Shown: in pieces, positions 1-6,620 of the stretch
Layout of the letters: each line of letters begins with the position of its first letter
Position numbering within the stretch: the first letter of the stretch is position 1
Origin: a candidate division WOR-3 bacterium
Lineage (GTDB): Bacteria; Hydrothermota; Tepidihabitantia; Tepidihabitantales; Tepidihabitantaceae
Reading direction: 5' to 3'
DNA length: 11,278 nucleotides
NCBI GenBank assembly: GCA_037441285.1
Contig: JBBISL010000021.1
Location: forward strand, 20,876 to 32,153
Position numbers and translations under genes: made by a program
The notes under the pieces: model-generated
The model's database searches: none
Told to the model about the DNA's origin: nothing
Seen by the model: only the letters and a program-made list of their open reading frames with translations

Positions 1-203
1 AACAGAAGGTTAACCGGCTTTGCGGGCAGGGCAGGAGTGCCTGGTGGTGTGGCAATCTCGGCATCGGGTAGGGTGAAGATGGTTTTGTTGTCGGTGACGG
101 TTGATTGCAACTGGTAAGGGGAAAAGAAGAAGGTATGGGTAATGGTTTGTGCGGTTGTACCAATCGAGAGATAAAAAAGAAGGATGAGAAGATGAGCAGT
201 CAT
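1..203 (-). CDS. 5' part of a secreted protein, probably C25 (gingipain-like) peptidase propeptide region; runs off the left edge
   Basis: Not in the ORF track; my translation from ATG at 203 is open to the edge: MTAHLLILLFYLSIGTTAQTITHTFFFSPYQLQSTVTDNKTIFTLPDAEIATPPGTPALPAKPVNLL. It has a hydrophobic signal-peptide-like start and a PGxPxLP motif typical of Propeptide_C25. It starts 5 nt after the nucleotidyltransferase stop (209). Confidence 0.6.
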   Translation of the reverse strand, partial: MTAHLLILLFYLSIGTTAQTITHTFFFSPYQLQSTVTDNKTIFTLPDAEIATPPGTPALPAKPVNLL

Positions 204-208
204 CGGTG

Positions 209-1585
209 TTAATTTTCTGCCTGTCGCTTCAGATAGGTTTTAAGGTATTCCAAGCCCTCTTCTTTGGTCTTGAACTTGCCCTCAACCTGTAGGTCCTCCA
301 GTTCCTGTAAGATGACCTTAAACGCGGGACCGGGCTTCAATCCCAAGGCAATCAGGTCGTCACCGGTAACCAGTCGCTTGATTTTGGCTTTGGCATCTTC
401 GGTGCGCTTCTGGGTTATCATTCTGGTGATGGTGGCTTCAAGATGGCTTGTCCTGCCCGCAGTTGCCCAGCCATCAGCATAGCAGAGAAGCATCAAGCCG
501 AACGCCTCATCGCCCAGGTCCCGGAAGAACCTCCGAATCGCCCGCTCCGACAGTTCGGGCGCGGTGGCAAGGAGGTGCAGGCGCATATGCTCTTTGACCA
601 GAGTTCGGACGATTCTGGTCTGGGCGCGGGCAAGACGCAGCCGTTCGTGGCAGATTTTTACGGTCAATTTTGCACCCAGACTGTCGTGGCCATAAAAGTG
701 CATTTCTCCGGTCTTATTGACAAACCGGGTGTGGGGTTTTGCGATGTCGTGGAGCAGTCCGGCAAGTTTCAGGAGCGCGGTATGAAAAGGCAGGGCGAAA
801 TAGGACTGCCACTCGGGCGTAAAGCGCGAGAAGAAACCGGGCTGGGAAATCAACTCTTCAATCTTTTCTACGGTCCGAAAGGTGTGGGCGCACAACTCTT
901 CATCTTGCAGCAGGGGCAGGAGTTCGGGCATAATCTCCTCGAGCCGGTGCAGTTCGGCAAGTTTTAGCAGATAGGGAACAGCGCGGTTGGCTTCAAGGAT
1001 ACGGAGAAACTCCATACCGATTCTTTCCGCGGCGGTGTTTTTCAAAGTGATGTCCTGTGCCTGCTCGTAAACTGCGGGATGTACTGTGAAGTTGAGTTCC
1101 AGTGCGAGGCGCAGGGCGCGCAACAGACGCAGCGGGTCGAGTGCGAGCGATTGGGCAGACACGGGCCGAATCACTTTTTTATTCAGGTCCTCCTTGCCAC
1201 CAAAAGGGTCAATAAGGGCATTGGCTTCGGGTAGTTCACAGGCGATGGCGTTAAGCGTGAAGTCGCGGCGTTTCAAGTCGTCGGCGATGGTCAGGTTACC
1301 GATGCCGTTGAAGTCAAGGGTGATTTTCTTTCGGTAAACAACCCGGGCTTCGTCGTCCTTTTCTGATAAAACGACCAGTTTTCCCCGAATTGCCCGGGCA
1401 AACTCGCGGGCGAACTCAACACCGGAGCCGGAAACGGCAAAGTCAAAGTCGGCCGGCTCCCGACCAAGAAGCAAATCCCGAATTGCACCGCCCACAAGAA
1501 ACAGCCGGCGCTCACCTTTCACGGTCAGGAGCCGGGAATAAATCCTGCCTAAATTGTGCAGCGCCCGGTTGATATCAATGTCCAC
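209..1585 (-). CDS. Class II tRNA nucleotidyltransferase (CCA/poly(A) polymerase family) with HD domain; probably CC-adding type
   Basis: Motifs VGGAIRDLLLG..DFD (motif A, DxD), DLKRRDFTLNAIA (B), DPFGGKEDL (C), DPLRLLRALR (D) and ERIGME (E). HD-domain motifs AHT...LLHDIAKP...FYGHD...HM. C-terminal LVTGDDLIALGLKPGP. GTG start. Confidence 0.92.
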   Translation of the reverse strand: MDIDINRALHNLGRIYSRLLTVKGERRLFLVGGAIRDLLLGREPADFDFAVSGSGVEFAREFARAIRGKLVVLSEKDDEARVVYRKKITLDFNGIGNLTIADDLKRRDFTLNAIACELPEANALIDPFGGKEDLNKKVIRPVSAQSLALDPLRLLRALRLALELNFTVHPAVYEQAQDITLKNTAAERIGMEFLRILEANRAVPYLLKLAELHRLEEIMPELLPLLQDEELCAHTFRTVEKIEELISQPGFFSRFTPEWQSYFALPFHTALLKLAGLLHDIAKPHTRFVNKTGEMHFYGHDSLGAKLTVKICHERLRLARAQTRIVRTLVKEHMRLHLLATAPELSERAIRRFFRDLGDEAFGLMLLCYADGWATAGRTSHLEATITRMITQKRTEDAKAKIKRLVTGDDLIALGLKPGPAFKVILQELEDLQVEGKFKTKEEGLEYLKTYLKRQAEN

Positions 1586-1591
1586 TATTTC

Positions 1592-1620
1592 AGGATAACA
1601 GGAGAGAAACCAGGGTCAAG
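1592..1620 (-). promoter_or_regulatory. Sigma70-type promoter for the nucleotidyltransferase, probably leaderless
   Basis: Minus strand: cTTGACC (1620-1614), 16 nt spacer ending TGT, then TATCCT (1597-1592), an extended TGn -10. Only 6 nt (GAAATA) follow before the GTG at 1585, and there is no SD. Confidence 0.6.
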
Positions 1621-1637
1621 TTTGCTAATAAGAATTG

Positions 1638-1666
1638 CTTGACTTGTGGCCGGGCAGGGTTAATTT
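1638..1666 (+). promoter_or_regulatory. Sigma70-type promoter for the glutaredoxin-like gene
   Basis: cTTGACT (1638-1644), 16 nt, TAATTT (1661-1666). SD AGGAGG at 1683-1688. Confidence 0.55.
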
Positions 1667-1692
1667 TTAATCTGTTCCTGAAAGGAGGCGTA

Positions 1693-1983
1693 ATGGTATT
1701 TCAAATTTTTGCCCGTGAGGGTTGTGTGACCTGTGCAAAGGCGCAGCAAATCCTGGCGCGGCTTGGTGTTGAGGTGCAGGTGCGCTATGTTGATGGACCA
1801 AGCGCAACCCCGGAAAACCTTGCCGATTTAGCCTATTACGACTGGACCGACACCCCACCGCTGGTGGTTGTTACCGAAGGTGATAAGGTTTTACAGCGGT
1901 GGGACGGTCAGGACATTGCCGATACCAGCCGTTCCTGGCATCAGACCGTGGAACGCTGGCTTGAGTCTCAGCGCCCAAAGTAA
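1693..1983 (+). CDS. Glutaredoxin/thioredoxin-fold protein (CVTC), 96 aa
   Basis: True start is probably the ATG at 1693, with AGGAGG 4 nt upstream; the ORF-track TTG at 1639 is the -35 box. Sequence MVFQIFAREGCVTCAKAQQIL gives a beta-CxxC-helix pattern, and DTPPLVVV is the cis-Pro motif of Grx/NrdH-like proteins. Confidence 0.8.
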   Translation: MVFQIFAREGCVTCAKAQQILARLGVEVQVRYVDGPSATPENLADLAYYDWTDTPPLVVVTEGDKVLQRWDGQDIADTSRSWHQTVERWLESQRPK

Positions 1984-1996
1984 CGCCGAAGCGGCG
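1984..1996. terminator. Short GC hairpin between convergent genes; possible weak terminator
   Basis: CGCCG-AAG-CGGCG immediately after the stop at 1983. No clear U-tract. Confidence 0.25.
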
Positions 1997-2033
1997 CGGT
2001 TAGTAACTTAGCGTTTCTTTACTTCAGACCGGT

Positions 2034-2426
2034 TTAATTGTTCAGCGACTCAAACAGCGTGGGCAGGCTGATGATGCCCAGTATTGCCAGAACACTGATT
2101 ACAATCAGCGAAAGGGCGATGGCAACAAGCGAGACAATCATCATAATCCCATTGATGATAAAGTACAGTTTCAGTTTGCCGGTAAATTCTTCGAGCGCTT
2201 TCGGGTCACCTTTTTCCACATACTCCTGCGCCTTGTTCCCGGCACCATTGAGGATGACTCCCATCCAGATGGGTAGCCATGCCCAGATGATGCCAAACAG
2301 GGTCAGTGCCTGCAGGATGCCGGCGACAATCTGGACGATGCCCAGAAGTTTGAGCCAGCCCTTCATTCCCCGGACATTTTGCTGAACGGTGTTGTTCGGT
2401 ACGGTGGTTGTTACACTGCTTTCCAA
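2034..2426 (-). CDS. DUF5362-like small membrane protein (about 3 TM helices)
   Basis: MKGWLKLLGIVQIVAG...GIIWAWLPIWMGVIL...KLKLYFIINGI is a pattern I recognise as DUF5362-like. TTG start with AGGAGG (2436-2431) 4 nt upstream. Confidence 0.75.
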   Translation of the reverse strand: MESSVTTTVPNNTVQQNVRGMKGWLKLLGIVQIVAGILQALTLFGIIWAWLPIWMGVILNGAGNKAQEYVEKGDPKALEEFTGKLKLYFIINGIMMIVSLVAIALSLIVISVLAILGIISLPTLFESLNN

Positions 2427-2448
2427 GTTGCCTCCTGTTCTTTAGGAT

Positions 2449-2477
2449 AAGATATGAGAAAATAATAAAGGGTCAAG
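2449..2477 (-). promoter_or_regulatory. Sigma70-type promoter for the DUF5362 gene
   Basis: Minus strand cTTGACC (2477-2471), 16 nt, TATCTT (2454-2449). Confidence 0.55.
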
Positions 2478-2484
2478 CCCGACT

Positions 2485-4152
2485 TTACTTAAACCGAAAC
2501 CGGCTCTTAAAATGGCGCAAGGTTAAATCTTTGCCAAACACCACTTCCACCGCAGGGATTGAATCCCGGTGCTGATAGAGCAGTTTTATCGCCTCAGCCG
2601 CGGCGAACAGGTCCTGGTCCTCATAGGTAAGCCGGGGCACAGCGGCACGGACATAGTTGTTGCGCGGTGCCGGGATGTTTTCCAGTCCAAAGGCGTAAAC
2701 GCCCAGTTCACACAACCGATGACCCGCGACCAATAGCAGGGCAACAAAGGCGATGCCAGGATAGTCTTCGTCCCGGGCATCAGGGAAAAAACGGTCAATG
2801 TCGATATAAACGGCATGACCACCCGCGGGCTTAAGCACCGGCACGCCATCGGTACTTAGCCGTTCGGCAAAGCGCTGCACCTGTCCAATTCGGCTTTCGA
2901 GATAGTCCGGGTTGACAACGGTGCGCAAACCTTCGGCAACCGCTTTGAGGTCTCTGCCTGCCAAGCCACCATAGGTTGGGTGCCCTTCAACGAGAATCTG
3001 GTAATCGGTGAGTTTTTCGAGGAGTTCGGGATAGCGCCGGGCAAAAAGCCCATCAAGGCGAATCAAAAGGGCACCGCCGATATTAACCAGCCCATCCTTT
3101 TTCAGACTGATGTGAAACCCATCAACATATTGAAACATCTCCTGGACGATTTCGGAGATGGTTTTTTGTTCATAGCCCGGTTCCCGCTTGTGGATAAAAT
3201 AGGCGTTTTCGGCGAACCGGCAGGCGTCAAAGAAAAACGGGATGTTGTATTCCGCGGTCAGGGCGCGGACGGCGCGGATATTCTCCATTGAAACCGGCTG
3301 GCCACCGCCGGTATTGTTGGTGATTGTCAGATAGACCAGCGGGATGCGGTCGGGCATTGTCGCAAAAAGCAGTTTCAGTTCTTCAAGGTTGATGTTGCCC
3401 CGAAACGGAAAGTTCTCGTCGTCATTGCGATGCTCGGTACAGTTGAGGTTCAGGGCAACAAAGTTACTGTCCTCAATGTTTGCCTCGGTCGTGTCAAAAT
3501 GGCCATTGCTGGGGATTAAGTAACAGGGGGCGGGCTGATTGCGGTTCAGATGCTCAAGCCGGGCAAGGGCGGCTTTGATGCGGGCAAAAAGCCCGATATC
3601 GTCCGCTTGATTTTTCAGCACAGTAGCGAGTGGCGCCATCTTTTCGCTGGCGAGATAGCGGGCAAGGTTAGAAAAAAGGGCATGTTCGGCGGCTCTGCCC
3701 TGGTGAAATATGAAAAGCGTCTGAATGGGACGATTTAAATCCTGGCGCCAGACCGCACCAAAGGTTGCGCCCAGTTGCTCGTTCAACTGGTAATAACCTT
3801 CGTTCGAGCCGTAAGCCTCATCGCCTAAAAAGAGTTGGGACCACTGCTCCATTGTCATCGTGGTTGTGCCCGAATCCGAGAGCAAATCGCAACCTGGTAA
3901 AAGGTGTGCCGGATAGAGAAAGGGGTTCAAGCCAATCTGCGCCACCAGTTCGGCGCGGGCTTTAACCGAATGGAGCGGACAGGCAGAAGTGCCAAACTGG
4001 GCTTTTGCCTCATCACAGCGGTGGCTGGTGTGGGCGCGGAAACGGACCGCGGCGTTGCGATAGGCACGGGGTGTAAAGTACCTGCCCGGTTGTGCCGGTC
4101 TTTTCTCGAGTTCGGCAAACTGCTGGACAAAGAAAGCGACTTTATCTGCCAT
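2485..4152 (-). CDS. tnaA: Tryptophanase-like PLP-dependent beta-eliminating lyase (long, divergent form)
   Basis: Motifs DLLSDSGT, GDEAY (catalytic Tyr), HQGRAAE, HFDTT, TITNNTGGGQPVSMENI, FFDACRFAENAYFI, SLKKD (PLP lysine), EGHPTYGGLAGRD, GGHAVYID and LRHF. FDTT, xELG and LRHF match tryptophanase rather than tyrosine phenol-lyase (FTTT, MERG, LRFF). Confidence 0.85.
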   Translation of the reverse strand: MADKVAFFVQQFAELEKRPAQPGRYFTPRAYRNAAVRFRAHTSHRCDEAKAQFGTSACPLHSVKARAELVAQIGLNPFLYPAHLLPGCDLLSDSGTTTMTMEQWSQLFLGDEAYGSNEGYYQLNEQLGATFGAVWRQDLNRPIQTLFIFHQGRAAEHALFSNLARYLASEKMAPLATVLKNQADDIGLFARIKAALARLEHLNRNQPAPCYLIPSNGHFDTTEANIEDSNFVALNLNCTEHRNDDENFPFRGNINLEELKLLFATMPDRIPLVYLTITNNTGGGQPVSMENIRAVRALTAEYNIPFFFDACRFAENAYFIHKREPGYEQKTISEIVQEMFQYVDGFHISLKKDGLVNIGGALLIRLDGLFARRYPELLEKLTDYQILVEGHPTYGGLAGRDLKAVAEGLRTVVNPDYLESRIGQVQRFAERLSTDGVPVLKPAGGHAVYIDIDRFFPDARDEDYPGIAFVALLLVAGHRLCELGVYAFGLENIPAPRNNYVRAAVPRLTYEDQDLFAAAEAIKLLYQHRDSIPAVEVVFGKDLTLRHFKSRFRFK

Positions 4153-4161
4153 TGAAAAACT

Positions 4162-4190
4162 AAATTACCCCGCAGCCAGCCAAAGTCAAG
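4162..4190 (-). promoter_or_regulatory. Sigma70-type promoter for the tryptophanase gene, leaderless or near-leaderless
   Basis: Minus strand cTTGACT (4190-4184), 16 nt, TAATTT (4167-4162), then 9 nt AGTTTTTCA to the ATG at 4152. No SD. Confidence 0.55.
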
Positions 4191-4208
4191 CAGAAAAGCC
4201 GGTGCGGT

Positions 4209-6542
4209 TTAGCGGGTGATGAGCACCTTAATGGTCTCTTTACGAGCGCTTGACTCCTTTTTCAGTGGCTGGATAAAATAGACTCCAGGGGAAAGATGCC
4301 GGATGTCGTTGGCACCGGGCTGGAGATTGAGCACCTTACGACCGGAGATGTCAAAGAGAACACCGGTCTCGTTCCGGGGTAAAGTCAGCGTGAAGCGCAC
4401 CACAGTTGGAACAAGTTGGTCTTCTGAATTACCAGCAGGGTTCTGAGCGATTCCGACAACGGTTGTGTCACGGATGAAACAGACCGCAGAGCGTTCCGGT
4501 ACCGCCGCATAAACCCGGCGCTGGTTCGGGCTATGAACAATTTCCGCGAGATAATCGGGCAGATTGATAACGGCAACGATTGAATTGGTACGGCAGTCAA
4601 ACACCTTGACATTTTCCTCATAGCGGAATGTGCAGTAAAGATAACCGGTGAGCGAATCGTAAACGGTTTGATTCAGTCCGCTGCCAATCGGAATTGAGTC
4701 TTCAATCCCGGGTCCGCTCGGGTTAATCACAAAGAACTGGCTACCCGCCGCACAGTAAAGACGGTTACGAAATTGATTGTAGAACATCAAACCCGGTTGG
4801 TACGGCATCAGCAAAAACGAGCGGATGGTATGGGTGGAACAGTCAACAAAAAACAGCCCGTTGAGGTTGTCAACAGCGCAGGCGAGGAGGTTATAGTCAG
4901 GCAGATGGCAGACCGCTAACGGCGTGCCGCCCAAGCCTATGGAACCGGTTATCCTATTGGTTCTTACATCAATTGCCACGAGTGAATACTGGTCATAGAT
5001 GGCGCTGATATAAATCCGGTGCAAATCGGGCAGATAACTGATGATGCGCGGGTCCTCGCCGGTATAAATCATATAGACAATTGAATCCTGGGCACAGTTG
5101 ATTATTGCAATGCCAACGGGCAGGGCGCAGAAAAGTCGGTTCTGTTCCGGTACATAAACCGCACTCTGCGGTATATCGTACAAATGTATCGCGTTACGCA
5201 CCGTTTCGGCCGGACAATCAATCGACACGATGGCAGTTTCAGACGGGATGAGGGCATAGAGGCGATTGCTTGCGGTAATGGGGATGATTTCTGAAGGAGC
5301 AGCGGGTAGTCTTATCGGGTTGCGGATGGTGCCAGTTTCGGCGTCAATTGGCACAATTTCATCTCGTTCGGTACTGGCGCAGTAAACCCGTTCCGTAACC
5401 GAAAGATAGGCAAGGAGGTTTACCAGGAACTGGGTGGAAACCTTACTCACCACCTCGCTGGTTCGGGCATTGTATATCACCACCTGATTGCTGTGCATTT
5501 CCGCAGAATAGATAAGGTTTGCTCGGGGATTATAGCCAAGACCCTCAGGATAGGAACCGGTTGTTGGAATCACCCGCACCACCTCATTCGTGACACCGTC
5601 AACAACCGCGATGCTATCGGTTCCGCTTAAAGCGATGTAGACGAGATTGTCAATAGAGTCAAAAACCAGCCCGCGCTGCTCTTCATCAAGATAAATCCAG
5701 CGAATTAAGGTGTCGGCAAGGGCGTCGTAAACCCCAAACCAGTTACCATCCCAATCGGCACAGTAAAACTTATTACTGACGGTGTTCAGGCACATCAAGC
5801 CTGGTGAATAACCGGCAACAAGCCAGCGAATTACCGTATCCCGGTCGCAATCAACCACTGTGATGTCTTCATCAACATCTTCAGAAATGTAAAGCCGGTT
5901 GGTCAGATGGTTGTAAAGCATATCATAGTCAAATCCGGCACCCGAATAAAAGGTTTTGACGACGCTGTCGGTTGAACAGTCAATTACCGCCACCTCTTCA
6001 TTATCCATAACACAGTAAACCTTATTCACCCGATAGGCGCAGGCGATTTTATAACTATTGTCCGGGATGGTAATCGTTTTTATCAGGGTGTCGTTGTCGC
6101 AATCTATGACCCAGACCACCGGAGCACCATATTCACCGGTACAGTATATCCGGTTGAGATTGGGGTTGTAGGTCAGGTCATTGCCGTAATAAGGCAGGTT
6201 AACGGTTCGGAGAAAACGGTTGGCAGCGGCGTCAACCACAAACAACTGGCTACCGCTGAGAATGTAAAGTTTATTATCCACAGAGTTATAGGTAAAATTT
6301 TCGGCGTAGTTCGGCAGTTCAATCCGGGCGATTTTCCGGTTGGTGGTGCCATCAAGGACACAGATTTCCGAACAGACATTTCCGAAGATGAATACGGTGT
6401 TGTTGTTCGGGTTATAGAAGATTCGGCTCGGATATGCGGGACCGGCAAACGAATCGGGCAGATAGATTGTCCTTTCCAGCCACTGGGCTGAAACCGGTGT
6501 CGCCAAAAGGGCGACAAGACAGAACAAAAACCACCGGCGCAT
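4209..6542 (-). CDS. Secreted YncE/YVTN-type repeat beta-propeller protein (probably two propellers) with T9SS-like C-terminal sorting domain
   Basis: Signal peptide MRRWFLFCLVALLATPVSA. About 14-16 repeats of ~40 aa of the form P..l.yn...n.lYc.....v.viD...d.v...i. C-terminal tail LFDISGRKVLNLQPGANDIRHLSPGVYF...KVLITR. SD GGGAGG at 6552-6547. Confidence 0.85.
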   Translation of the reverse strand: MRRWFLFCLVALLATPVSAQWLERTIYLPDSFAGPAYPSRIFYNPNNNTVFIFGNVCSEICVLDGTTNRKIARIELPNYAENFTYNSVDNKLYILSGSQLFVVDAAANRFLRTVNLPYYGNDLTYNPNLNRIYCTGEYGAPVVWVIDCDNDTLIKTITIPDNSYKIACAYRVNKVYCVMDNEEVAVIDCSTDSVVKTFYSGAGFDYDMLYNHLTNRLYISEDVDEDITVVDCDRDTVIRWLVAGYSPGLMCLNTVSNKFYCADWDGNWFGVYDALADTLIRWIYLDEEQRGLVFDSIDNLVYIALSGTDSIAVVDGVTNEVVRVIPTTGSYPEGLGYNPRANLIYSAEMHSNQVVIYNARTSEVVSKVSTQFLVNLLAYLSVTERVYCASTERDEIVPIDAETGTIRNPIRLPAAPSEIIPITASNRLYALIPSETAIVSIDCPAETVRNAIHLYDIPQSAVYVPEQNRLFCALPVGIAIINCAQDSIVYMIYTGEDPRIISYLPDLHRIYISAIYDQYSLVAIDVRTNRITGSIGLGGTPLAVCHLPDYNLLACAVDNLNGLFFVDCSTHTIRSFLLMPYQPGLMFYNQFRNRLYCAAGSQFFVINPSGPGIEDSIPIGSGLNQTVYDSLTGYLYCTFRYEENVKVFDCRTNSIVAVINLPDYLAEIVHSPNQRRVYAAVPERSAVCFIRDTTVVGIAQNPAGNSEDQLVPTVVRFTLTLPRNETGVLFDISGRKVLNLQPGANDIRHLSPGVYFIQPLKKESSARKETIKVLITR

Positions 6543-6564
6543 AACACCTCCCTTTTGCGATTTG

Positions 6565-6594
6565 ATTATAAAGCGAAATTAGTTAAAAGTCAAG
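6565..6594 (-). promoter_or_regulatory. Near-consensus sigma70 promoter for the beta-propeller gene
   Basis: Minus strand cTTGACT (6594-6588), 17 nt, TATAAT (6570-6565). Confidence 0.75.
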
Positions 6595-6620
6595 GAGCCG
6601 GAAGCGCAATTGCCCGTAGT

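Noticed and set aside
264..1572. Alternative ORFs (264-482, 443-967, 1086-1337, 1291-1515, 1390-1572)
   Set aside because: Shadow frames overlapping the well-supported nucleotidyltransferase, with no recognisable motifs or RBS.
1639..1692. ORF-track N-terminal extension of the glutaredoxin from TTG 1639
   Set aside because: That TTG is the -35 box; the ATG at 1693 has a strong SD and begins the fold.
1667..6547. Short overlapping ORFs inside the grx, DUF5362, tryptophanase and propeller genes, including a possible TnaC-like leader
   Set aside because: Antisense or off-frame shadows of real genes; no TnaC-like peptide fits in the 56-nt gap upstream of the tryptophanase.
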